This document shows positions 14,301-31,463 of a stretch of DNA of 64,000 nucleotides, in pieces. The notes under the pieces are model-generated. The model was not told where the DNA came from and did no database searches. It was given only the letters and a program-made list of their open reading frames with translations. Source of the DNA: Trichinella spiralis (lineage: Eukaryota); NCBI RefSeq assembly GCF_000181795.1, contig NW_003526944.1:1-64000 (forward strand), read 5' to 3'. The stretch's first letter is position 1. Each line of letters begins with the position of its first letter. The translations under genes and the position numbers were made by a program.

Positions 14301-17115
14301 AACCAGCAAATCGATTGATATTTAACGGGCTGATTGTACGCTGTTGCGGTTGTGGACGTGGCAGAAGATATTGTTGTCTGCTTGACTGCTATTGATTTAG
14401 TTAGCATTCTCTTTGCCAGGAGGAGGATACTAGCTGGCAGTGGACCAGTCTTTTTTGTTTGGCAGGAAGTGCTTCGCGGTTGTTGGCAGTGGCAATTCAG
14501 GCCATGTGTAGCCTATGTGTAACTTGTCGTATTTATTGTTGTTCACATATATAAATAAAAACTGAAAGCACTAAAAAATAATTAAGAAAGATTAATATCG
14601 ACGCAGAATTTCCACATTAGAAATGTGTCATTGTTAAATCAACAGTGTTGTATACATACATCTCAGATCAACAACAGTGCAATATTTTTCGTCACACTAC
14701 ACAGCAACTGCTTTGACAAATGAAAAATATGCTCACCTCAGTTTCGCCTTATTGATTCAAAATGAACGCTTTTTCGATAAATGATTCTGTAAGCAATGAC
14801 AAAGCATTAAAGCCATCATTGCTGATGCGTCCAGTTTTCAAGCACTTGTATTTTGAAAATATATAAAAAGATATATTAAATAACGAGTGCTTGCCATCCA
14901 CTGTTTGATCAGTAACTATTTATCAGATGAATATCAGTGTTCTACTAGAAAAAGAAGTGGATTTAGAAAACAATCTAGAACGGTAAGTGAAAAGCATCAA
15001 TAATTTCTCCTCCTTCTATTTGCATGTTTATCGACATTTTTATTAAAAATAATTAAAATTTCTAGTTGAGAAAATAATTTTTCAATAAAAATCCCCTTTA
15101 AAAATAAAAGAGATGAAAACTTACTTTCATTGACAGGCCATCAGATAAACATCAGCTTCAAACATTATTGTATAATATTTTATTTAGTAAGATTGTGATG
15201 AAGCAGTGACAATTTTTCTCATTTACAAAAACACTGAAATACTAGGAAAAGAGTATCGGGAAATGTAATAATATAGGCGGCATTTTGTAGCTTAATGCAA
15301 TTACTTATTCGCTTACAAAGGCTGTATTACATTAGTAATGAATTCTATGGTCCATTTTACTTGCATGATTTCATGTTCATGCAACCAACATTATTTCATT
15401 TTGAAAACTACTTGTAAACAAAAATGGTAAATATTTAAAATCAAAATTCTATGTAAAAAGAAGCAGTTTATTTAAAATTTTCACAAACAAGAAAGAAAGG
15501 TTATTGTTCTAAAAGATAGAAGCAGCTTTGATGAAAAAGTATTTATTAATTTCATATGATAATTTAGAAAAAATCATATAATCAAAAATATTTATGTTTA
15601 TTATTCATTTAAGTTGAAAAAAGCATGCAACAGTAATTGAAAGCTTAAGCTGAAAGAAAAAGCACATACTTTATAGTTCAGTGTTTATTAGAGCTTTTGA
15701 AATGATTCTATATTTAACTCTACTGCTGTAAAATTTGCATATGTCATTCCCTCATAATACTAATACTAAAGACTTAACACAGAAACATTGACATACAAAT
15801 GATATTTTGGAAAATGTTTACTGTTCATATTTTCCTGATTTGTTTTTTCCAATTCTTTCCATTATTTAAATCATGAAGACAATCAATCATCAGTCAGTCG
15901 TTTTCGTTAATATTTTCACAATTGCATGGAACATTTTCTTGGTCATGCTTTCAGGCTGAAAGGGTGATTAGAAAGAAAATAATTGTAAAATTAACATGCT
16001 TCTTGTTGACATCGAACTTGTTACTTGTACTCGATTTCCTCGGCAAAGGTTTAGAAAAAAGTAATGCCCAAGATGAATATTTTAAAACAGTTAGCTTTCA
16101 TTAAATTACCTACAATTGAATAATTATTTTCCACTGTTCATGCTTCATTTGAATTAATTAAATTACTTACCGACAATACACACACCCATTTAGATATATA
16201 TACAGTAAAGAATTGGAATATTTGTTTCCAACATTTTATTAGAAAATGAATAATTTGTTCTTTTAAATAAGTTGTTCATTCAAATTTAAGCACGTTCAAA
16301 TTGATCTATTAATTTTTATAGCTTAGTGTTGAAGCTTCAATTTTCAATTCAAATTCAGCTTTCTCAATCAACTGGACTGACTAACTTTCTGTTTTCGAAA
16401 TTTTCAGCCTATTCAAAAAGTAGTTGATTGAAAAGAAGAATGAATGAATTGAATGAAAGCTAACTCGAACCAACTGCAAATGCTAAATAACTGCTTCAAT
16501 AGTACGTACGTTCAGTAAATATTTAATCAACACAAAAGAATTTCAACTTCAAACAAATCTTATTTCTTTCACACTTCTTCTTTTATCAGCTTGCCTTTTC
16601 CGTAAGTAAATACATAAATAAATAATTATAATACATATTCTACCGCTTATAGCAATTATTTGCCAGTTTTCGTTAGTCAACATTACAACTGACCAAAATA
16701 ATCAATTTGATTTGAACATTTTAAAAGTATTAATAAAAGAAAAAAAATTCATTTAACAGCTTCAACAACAAACAGTCGCCAATTTATACAATGAATAAGC
16801 GTTGCGTTGTTATTTTCAAACCATTATCATTTAGAAAAATGTAAACCAGACTGCACCTATAATTCATACCAATTAAGCGCAATATTCATTCACATAACAC
16901 CCATGAATGGGTGTTATTTATCAACAGCTGAATAGCTGGTGGCCACATTTCCACTTTTCACGTTTTGTCAAATTTCATTTAATAAAATATAACGAAAAGT
17001 CGATGACCACCCACCAACTTCATCCCAATACATATATATTATAATCTTTTCTATTTTCATCATTACAGCTCTACACAAACGTTCGTTTTGAAATTAACCA
17101 ATTTCTCATTGCAAG

Positions 17116-17670
17116 AGAACAAACGATCGCCTACATCCAATGCCTCTTTTATGGATTGGACTGGATGGTCTGCTTGGAAAATTGGTGCCATTGCTACTGC
17201 TGGTGCAGCAGCGTTGCTTCTTGTTGGTTTGATAAGTACAATATTCAAAAAAAATCTTTTCGCTATCTCTACTATTTTATAACCCATATTCGTAAACTAT
17301 AATTTTCTTTTAATTTAAATTTTTTTTCATATTCTAGCTGCATTATTTTTATGTCGTAAACGTAGAGGAGTCCAACCAAAAGCAGATTCCATATACAGTG
17401 TTCCAGATCGATGGGACAGTTTGTCTTTGCATTACATTGACAATCCAACCGAATTTTTAAAAGTAAAGTAGATTTTTGGCAATATTTTAACTATTAATAT
17501 TTACATTATTAATCAATTTCATCTTTCAACAGGGATCATGGGAAGAACTTTCTGATGATTCTTATTTAGCATGTTTGGAAAAAGAAATTGCTAAACGACT
17601 CAACTGTGTGCACGCATACCAAAATCCTGTGGTCAACAGCTGTGAACTGAGATTAGATCACGTTGCTTAA
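17116..17670 (+). CDS. Small single-pass membrane protein, last three exons; 5' exon(s) not resolved
   Basis: Phase-compatible GT-AG exons ~17116-17235, 17338-17462 and 17533-17670 give ...WSAWKIGAIATAGAAALLLVGLITALFLCRKRRGVQPKADSIYSVPDRWDSLSLHYIDNPTEFLKGSWEELSDDSYLACLEKEIAKRLNCVHAYQNPVVNSCELRLDHVA*. This is a TM helix followed by a basic stop-transfer motif. Confidence 0.55.
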
Positions 17671-20014
17671 CAATGAAAAAAAAAATTATTTTTTGAAAAA
17701 AAGTAAGTTCTTTCAAAAACAGATTGAATGAAATTAAAATTAAGATTTAAATCAATTTCATAAACAAATTCATATTTATCACATATGTATCAAGATTATT
17801 ATAACAATTCAGAGTAGTCATCTTTATGTTTTATTTATTGATATTTACAACAAATCAATCAATACTATAATGAAAAGCATAAAAGATAACCCAAGCAGCA
17901 TATGATCAATAACAATTTCATCAGTTCGTGAAGAACATTATTTCAACTGAAAGCAATTTTCCTTTCCGCTTTAGAGTGTTAAAAGAAAGTAATTCAATTT
18001 TCTTTTCAACATCACGTAAAGCACAATTTTCTTCTTTCTCTTTTTTTATTTACACGTGTATCTACAGTATGCTCATCAATGCTTACATCATCACATTCAG
18101 ATAACTTTCAACAAATTCTATGAATCATTAGCACAGCTCACCAACATACATACGCTTGATCGTTAGTTTAACTTTTCTTATTCACGATATTTTCTTTTAT
18201 TTTTGAATAATATTTCCCCTACATAATATATAACAAAACTATTTTAAAATCTACACAGAATCATTCAAGTTATGCCAAAAACAATAAAGCTTAATAAAAA
18301 AAAATTCTTTTCAAATTTTCCTACCGTCTTTTCTAATCTGGATATTAAATATTGAAATATTAGATCACATTTTCAGTATTAAAACAAGTCAAATTATCAT
18401 GCCAATATCTAACGCATTATTCTTGAAAATAATAGTAACTGAATTTTAACATTCAACAAATATTCTTTTTCAAATAACATATAAGCATTTGCTTCACTGT
18501 TTTGTACGCATATAAACTTCGTTGAATAAATGAATCCGTCACTTTTACAAAATTGATTATTTTAACACTGCCTTTTTATTATTTAGCAAGAATTTAACTA
18601 TTTCAAAATCTCTCAACTTTCAAGACATTCAGTTCCATTAAAAGTCAAGAATAAATACACTGCACAACATCAGCCTTTAAGTATGACATATGAAAGAGAA
18701 GTGAATTTCACAAATTTATTTTACACTGACACTATTTCAGGATGACAATCGTTGTCAACTGACAAATCCCTACTTTACTGTACGTCTCATCAGTAAGACA
18801 GCTAATTTATCAGCAGGTAGCAATTACATTAATTGTTACTACTGCTACTGTTTATATATTGCTGATGATGATGATGCTAGTACAACTATGTCTTGTTAAA
18901 CTTTTATATAATAAAAATGATAAACAAATTACCTTATAAAGAATTTTATTCCAAAACCAAGAAAAGAAGTCATTCGGACAAAATGAACATAAATTTCTCG
19001 CTAACTATTCAAAGGCGCCCAAAATACCGGAATATTCAACGAAATCACAAAACACAAGAGCAAAAAGCTCTATAAAAGTACATTACCATAAACAAATAAT
19101 ACTGAAAAACAATAGGAAAGTGTTTTATCATCGTCGGTTAGAAAGAAATTAAATTTTCACCTAAAGAAAAATACAAAAGAACGAATATCCACACACACAC
19201 ACACACGCGCACACAAAAAGAAAAAAACCTAGTAGTTCAACATCATATGATAAACAGTATATTAAAGTCGACTGGAGTGAATAATGATGAATCATCAGTT
19301 CTTTTCTGTGATTAGGGGAGATTTCAAATTCAAATTAATACGTAAATGCTCTCAACAGCAATAGCAAAAAAGCAGCAGAAGTTGGAATCTATTACAAAGC
19401 GGAGAAAGTTCACAGGGCCAATTTCACATGTAATAATAAGATATGAAATGTCGTATTTGGCCAATTGATGGTGAAAAATATTGTAAAAGAAGAACGTGAG
19501 AATCAAAGAGGAAAGAAAATTAAGTACCTAAACAGTAAAAAATAAATTAAATGATATTTTTCAGTAAAAATATCGGCAACAACATGCGCTGACCAAGCAC
19601 AGGAAACAGCAAAACAGCGAACAAACAGTCTGAATTCAAATGCAAAGCGCAAAAGAAATCTTGCTGTCTGAACAGCTTCTCTGCTGCAAAAAAAACGGTC
19701 ATAAACACAAAAAATCAAATAACAAACAAAAACAAAAAGTATAAATAAATAAATAAATAAATAAAAATATAAAAATAATTTAGATTTTCCGAAGAGGATA
19801 AATAAAGTTTGCTCTCAAGACAAAACTGTGCACAACACTAACAACAAAGTGAAACACACATATCGGTGATTTTTCAAATGGATGAATGAAGGAACAGACA
19901 AATATAGTGTACAAAATTGCAAAACTCGAGGTAAAAATAAAGCAATATGCAACAATATAGTATTCTGCTTACCAAAAAACAAAAATGTGCAATTATTTTT
20001 TTGTTTCTTTTTTA

Positions 20015-24961
<4,947 letters not shown>

Positions 24962-25973
24962 GATGCTGTCGATCAACTTGTAAAGCTGAATTTTTGGCAA
25001 GTTATGTCGGTTCAGTTATGCACAAAACAATACATTTCCTGCCGTAAAAATTTAAAACTTTCGACCAACAAAAAGATGCAGTTACGACACCGTACATCAA
25101 CGCGTTGGAGGTCAATCGATCAATGCGTCCTACTAAACATCAATGTACCTGCATTCACTTTAGTATACTGTAAGTTCTGACGGACTAAATTTTAGAATGA
25201 CAATTTATTGTTTGTACATATTTGATCGTCACGGAAAATGTATCAGTTACATTGAATGGAAACGTTACAAACAGTTATCTATGAATCGGATTGAGGTGCG
25301 TCTGTCAAACTGTAAATGTGGTTATGTAATGTTGCGTTAGTTTATAGGAATTTCAACTAGTAAATGGTTTGATATCGTCAATTAAATCATTTGTAAACAA
25401 ATTATCACCCATCAGTACTAGGTAAAATGTTTGAAAATTACAAAATTATTTATTTCAAAATACTTCTTTATCAGATGCGTTTTCAAAAGCTTCTGCACTG
25501 ACTCGTACAAATTAACATATTTTGAGACTCCAACATCGCTCAAATTCGTTATTAACACGGATATCCACGCTAAAAATGTGCATAACTTGCTGCAAACAAT
25601 ATTTTCCGAGGTATCTTTATTTTAAATTTTCGGCCATGAGCATATTGTAATATTCTGCATTGCAGGTCTACGTACCCTATGTAACAAAGAATCCATCATC
25701 TATCAAAAATAATAAAATATGTAGTGAGCTGTTTTCAACTAAACTTGACGAACTCGTTCAAGCGCACGAATGCTTTGATTAAATTATTAATTTCTGTTCT
25801 CTGAAGCCAACAATCAACCAAATGCAATTTGTAAATTGTAGCAAAACATAATTTATAATTGCAGGAAAATCTTAAATCTCATGACAGATTCTCGTAAGTA
25901 TAACTGTAAAGAATATATTGACCTGGTTAATGAGAGTACGATGTTCAACAGCTGAATGTCAGCATGTGAAAAC

Positions 25974-26615
25974 TCAAGGTTCATTGGTAACATTTTTGGA
26001 CCATTCTTCCCATCCAGCAGGATAGTGACGACTTCTGAAATATTTTAGAGATTAATTAACATTTATGAAGTTAAGAAGATTACTTTTTGTATCCATATTT
26101 ATGGGCAATTTCCAATGCTGCCGTACTTTTGATGTGACTTAAACCATGGAAAACTATGTTTGCGTCGTACTTTGTTGGCTTATCAAAATGATACTGTTTT
26201 CGAAAAGCTTCTGGAGTTAATTTCAAAGCTTCAGAAAGCTGCCCAACTGTTTAAAGAATGCATTATAAGAAGAAATTTAAATAAATATAACCATACGTGG
26301 AATATTGTAGGATCCTTCAATTTTTCCTTGCTTCTTAATTTCTTCCGGATCACGAACGTCAATAATCAGAACATCATTTGCGTCGTAGAGGGCTTTGAGC
26401 TCCTCGTATGTCAATTCATATGAATTATGAATTCCGTAACAATTTTTTTGAATTTTTCCAAATTCAACTCTATATTCTTAAACGCCACTTTAAAAATTAC
26501 ATGGAAAAGGAAATAAAAACTTACTAGATGCTGCAGGCAGTAAGGCACGGCTCCAAGCGGAACGTCTGTTCAAGGTGAAGGCACGCAATAAGACACGAAC
26601 AGCCGGCACGATCAT
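25974..26615 (-). CDS. Single-domain rhodanese (TSTD1/TSTD3/Rdl-like) with N-terminal mitochondrial presequence; catalytic Cys absent
   Basis: Four exons give MIVPAVRVLLRAFTLNRRSAWSRALLPAAS|K..ELTYEELKALYDANDVLIIDVRDPEEIKKQGKIEGSYNIP|LGQLSEALKLTPEAFRKQYHFDKPTKYDANIVFHGLSHIKSTAALEIAHKYGYK|KSRHYPAGWEEWSKNVTNEP*. The IDVR, G.I.GS.NIP and Y..GW.EW rhodanese signatures are present. The exon 2 acceptor (~26478) is the least certain boundary. Confidence 0.85.
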
Positions 26616-27799
26616 CGGGTGATAAAAATAAAATTTGTTAAGTAGAGCAACCTGTATTTTAAAAACAATAAGTTTAGGGCAGCTTTATATTAAGAATTGT
26701 TCACGCATCGTAGTAAACAATCACAACAGTGCTCAGTAACTGAGTTCATCTGAGAAGCGTAACGCAAATGAATAATATATAAAACATACCAAAGAGCGGA
26801 ATCATAGCTAACAGTTGCGAAATTCAAAAGGCAAATCAGTGCAACAAATAAATGAAAGCCTGCACGATTAATAATCAAAAGCAGCTGCTAAAATGACACT
26901 TTCAGATTCTCATCGGTCAATGTGATGGAACTTCATCTCGTAAATTTATAATATATGAATTATAGAAAAAAAAATTGCTTAATTTCAACTATATTAAATT
27001 ATTTTGCATGCAAAATAAATTTTTTATTTTGTTTTTGAAAATACAAATCACTACATTTAAAGCAACATCGAATCATTAAAATTCCAAAAATACAAAAACA
27101 ATAATTGCTAAATAAGCATTTAAAAAACAGAATAGAAAATACAATAAAATTTAATAAAAATTTAATCACAGTAATGCAAATCTTGCAGAAAATAAATAAT
27201 ATTAACCAAAAATAAAAAACAACATATTGCAAAAGAGTGTCACCAATAACATTGTTGTTAATGTTGCAAAATAAGAGTGACATCAGAATTCGAAAATGGA
27301 TTTCTTTCTCGTGTGAATGCTTGAAGTAAAATTTAATAACAAGTAACTAAGTGAAACAAGAGAAACATTGAGCTGACCTGCACATTATAAGAAACGAAGA
27401 ATTATGTGCCATCAAATTTGTCAAATCTTTTTACAGTACTCCTTACAGAAAATTAGTTGACAACTTCGAAAATACATTTCTCATTTACTGTTAAATTCAT
27501 TACATATACACATTTACAGTTGCATATTAGCCCCTCATATTAAATGTTTGCGTATTCCATTTTTTGCTTTTACAAGGTAGTTAAAGGTATTAAAAAGAAA
27601 TAAAGTAGCCATCTTAAAGTTAAGAATGATACTTTATTACTTACACCTTTTATTACTGTACAACATGCTTGGGAAAATTCCACATTACATTATTTGGTAA
27701 TGTTATTTTTCATAAACGATTAAACTTCAATTTAAACATATTGGAAAGTGCAGAAAAACGAATTTATACGGATTCAAATAATGGACTGACTGCATTTTG

Positions 27800-28141
27800 C
27801 TTGGCAAACACTGTTCAAATCGACCACTTTAACTTTCTTGAGCTCGGTGTACGCTTGCACCAGTATCACGCACAGCATTTTTGGTGGGGAGAAACTTTAT
27901 TTTCTTCCAAAAACGAAGAAGGCCAAAAACACCACAGTAATCACAACTGTAAAACTGAAAATCAGGCAACATACTGCTGCCGTTTTATGCACAGTTGCTT
28001 CCTGCAGTTATTTGCATACATACAGAAGAATGCGGATAACAAACACACCAGTACTAGGTTAAATTACTTCAGCATTTAAAATTATAACAGTCTTTTTTCA
28101 AAAAGTATGACCGGAAATTCTTCGTTTTTCTAAAATACATC
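27800..28141. repeat. Dispersed repeat, copy 1 (direct repeat of 33625-33995)
   Basis: Shares collinear blocks with copy 2: ACCACTTTAA..TGTACGCTTGCA.CAGTAT..GCACAGCAT, GAAACT.TATTTTCTTCC.AAAACGAAGA, GTAATCACAA.TGTAAAACTGAAAATCAGGCAACA, GCACAGTTGCTT.CTGCAGT, TTCAGCATTT.AAATTATAACAGTCTTTTTT, CTAAAATACATC. Confidence 0.85.
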
Positions 28142-28249
28142 TTAATCCTAAACTTATTAAACAATTCAATTTATGAAATTGAAAATGAATAATCACAATA
28201 TAAATAGAAAGAATAGTTTCTCATTTTAACAACAAATTCGCACTTGGAA

Positions 28250-29400
28250 AGATGCCTTCAGATTTGCAAAATGTGCGCGATCTGTAAATCACTACTACGA
28301 AGACAATAAAAACATAAACCTTGTTGCTCAAACTTAAACCATCGATCTTTCCATTTCGCTTACATATATTTTTGACAGTGATAGATATGTGCGCCATGAC
28401 AAATTACGCAAGTGTTCGGTGTTGTTTCCATTTTCCCTTCCAACGCTGCTGTCGTTGTAAATCTTCCAGCTTTTGATTAGATTTTTGATCCTTTGATAAA
28501 AATAGTATGTGAACATGCCGTACATGTGGCTAATCGACTGTTCAATTCTTACCTGATTTCGTAAAATGGTAAAAGGTGATGCTAAATCTGAACTTGTCAA
28601 CATATCCACAAAACTTTCCTCTTCTCATTTTTTCCAAGTAACAATGGAAATTTTCTGCTTGAATAATTCCATTACGATATCTGCTGCAGCTAATTATTGC
28701 ATCACAGACAGCTCTTTCCTAGCGGTACAAGTGGGCGTACGTGTAGATTGAACTGATCATGCAAACGTTTTAATTTTACAGCTAAGGGTTTGGCACTTCC
28801 AACAACGTTCTTATGTGATTCTGTGACACCAAATCTATTTTTCAAAATTTCTATCGCCACTGAGTTATTGGCTGCTGTGATACATAAGTCACCTGTGGCT
28901 GTAAGAGCGAATCTGCAGAGACAGAAACCAAAATTTGACAATTTCGTAGAGTAACTGATATCTGTGCATGAATAAATACTCAATTCGAATTGTTAGTGGA
29001 AAGTCGTGAATTCTAACACGTCCCCGTGGAAATTCCGTACTTCACAACGTAGCAAGCAAACACTGAAAACGGAATCACTTATATTTTTCGGTGTGTATAT
29101 CGATCTTTTTCCTGTACTACCATCTAGAAAATCTTCTGCAAGGCGTTGAATTTCTAACATTTCTCTTTCAAGTGATTCAAAGTCGTCGAATTCTTTCTCA
29201 AGATCAACCGGATTTAATTCTTATAATTCTTCCAAGAGAATCTGCGTCTTCTCAAACTGTTTCTCACTCCGCATATATTTAATGCATTCCAAACCTTATT
29301 TCGCGACGCACTGTCAATGCAAAAATAAAGGATTTCCATCATCCATTTTACCAGTCTAATTTTCAGATAAGTCTGTTTCGTTTTCATGCCTTCATTTCTA
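28250..29400 (-). mobile_element. Decayed BEL/Pao LTR-retrotransposon gag fragment (DUF1759-like region plus Cys/His knuckles)
   Basis: Minus-strand translation NFHGDVLEFTTF*QFELSI..DISYSTKL..L....ALTATGDLCITAANNSVAIEILKNRFG matches the Pao gag pattern F.GD..EF..FW..F..S....L....K...L...L...A......T..NY..A...L..RFG. It is followed by LHDQFN.H...L..LGK, then TCVICHGAHIYHC and DRW......GLCFYCL knuckles. In-frame stops and frameshifts are present; no pol region is seen. Confidence 0.8.
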
Positions 29401-30234
29401 AACGTTTAGACACGAAAATGTTATTTCTGTTGGCTGCGTGACGCAAAAAGCGGCGTAAAAAGGAATTATGTTCTGATAATCAAATTAAAGAATTCTATAA
29501 AATTCTTACCATGAAATTCGAAATTCTATTACAACACCAATAACAGCCCTCAATTGATCCCCGGCAGGGAGACTGACCACATCCATTAGAATGCATAACC
29601 TCAAGTCTCTATTCTTGTCAACGAGAGTACAATACACACTATAATTTACTCGAAAAATAAAGGAATAGAGTTCTGTAGGAGCCAATACAATTAAATTGCA
29701 TAATGGAAATATTCCGCAACAACAACACAACTAATCAGTAAAACTACTTTTAAGGGTCCACAACTCTACAGTACAATTTCCTGGATGATCAAGTATAATA
29801 TATAATTTTTGTTCTCTACAAATAGAATTGTTGCATGAATAAAAATGAAATTATTAAATAATGCGGTTAAAATTTGTTAAATTGAGATTATTTTTCAAAA
29901 TCTAAGATATTTTCAATTATAATGCTTTATATAAATAATAACTTTCAAATTAATCGTATAATACTTTTGTATCTTACAGTAAGAAAAAATTCAATGCCTT
30001 TATAGAGAGCGAATAAGATTGCAATTTTATACATTTGATAAATTTGATTTCTCGTTGTTTGTTAATTGATCGATTGTTTTGTTTAATTGGTAAATAATTT
30101 AGCTAGAACTGTATGGGATTTTACTGCTAAATGTTTAAACTGTATAACTGTTGCATGTTTTGATATTTCTGATAGTTAAGAGTAATAAATTGATGGTATT
30201 ATTGTTGAAAATTTCATCAATCCGTATTCGAAGA

Positions 30235-31391
30235 ATGATAACCGACGTAGCACCTTATAAACTTATTGATATTGGTGCAAATTTAACAAATCCATGTCTG
30301 AACGATCGTAATTTGTGCGATGTTGTGGATCGTGCAAAAGCTGCAGGTAAACTCTGCCATAATTTGTTTCTTCTTCATTTTCAATAATGAATATTCAACT
30401 TATCGATTACAGGTGTCTGCAAAATTATTGTTACTGGAACATCAATTGAAACAGCTAAAGAAGCAATGCGGTTATCCAGATTATACCCCAATTATTTATT
30501 TTTTACAGCTGGCAAGTGGACTGCAAACTTGTTTTTGTTTATTAAAAAATTATCAGTTCAGTTTACTTCGAAATTACCATGCTTCGGTATGTGATTGATT
30601 TTTTCAAATATATTTTCAGGTATACATCCACATGATGCAAAATATTTCAATGACGAAAGTATTGCTGAATTGGAGAAGCTTGCACTGGAACCAGAATGTG
30701 TGGCAATTGGTGAATGCGGCTTGGATTTCAATCGTAACTTTTCACCTCAAGAAAATCAACTGACAGCATTTGAAGCTCAAGTATGGAGTTCTGTTAGGGC
30801 AAGGAGCGTTCTTAAAATACGAGTTCCAGGTACAGTTGGCGTGCAAGTTGAAAAAGACAATTTTCATTCATGAGCGTGATGCGCACTCAGCTCTAGTTGA
30901 AATTTTAAAAAAATATTCGTTACTTATACCGTATGCTGTGGTGCACTGTTTCACGGGAACGGCGGAGCAAGCGAAAACATATTTGGACATGGGACTTTAC
31001 ATCGGGCTTACAGGTCTACAAAAATCATGATTCTATATTTAAATTTATACTTTCTGCAATTATAGGATCATTGTGGAAAGACAAGTTGGAATTCGGAGTA
31101 CAGTACGCTTTGCGACAAGGTATAATTCCTTTGAATCGACTGTTGGTAGAGACGGATTCGCCGTATATGTATCCGAATATCAAGGCGAAAAAGTTGCAAA
31201 GGGAAGTGAAAGAGAAAGTTTCACCTCATGCACTCCAGTTTCTACACCACTGTAGCTTTCAGAGAAATGAACCTTGTGCACTACCTACTGTAGTTGAACT
31301 TATTGCAGCATTCAGTGGCGCATCTGTGGATGACGTGGCTATAAATACAACACTGAATGCTGTACGTTTATTCGGTCTAACTTCTGAATGA
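30235..31391 (+). CDS. crn-2: TatD-family DNase, CRN-2 ortholog
   Basis: Five exons give YKLIDIGANL..DVVDRAKAAG|VCKIIVTGTS..LFFTAG|IHPHDAK..AIGECGLDFNRNFSPQ|..FIHERDAH..VVHCFTG..YIGLTG|SLWKD..GVQYALR..LVETDSPYMYP..RNEPC..VELIAAF. The WKD..GVQ and RNEPC segments are characteristic of C. elegans CRN-2. Confidence 0.92.
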
Positions 31392-31463
31392 GCAGAAGAA
31401 ATGTTACCTTAGGGAGTAGACGGCGTTTTGAATAAAAAGAAAAAAAAAGACGCATAACATTCG

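Noticed and set aside
18691..19933. miR-71-like (18691) and let-7-like 6-mer (19928) seed matches downstream of the Argonaute stop
   Set aside because: 6-7-mers are expected by chance in AT-rich DNA, and the UTR extent is unknown.
24962..25973. Rhodanese-Argonaute operon (same strand)
   Set aside because: The gap between CDSs is ~1 kb and I could not support any intercistronic element; SL-read data would be needed.
26690..26878. Hydrophobic 62-aa ORF upstream of the rhodanese
   Set aside because: Its apparent donor does not splice in frame to the next exon, and it has no recognisable homology.
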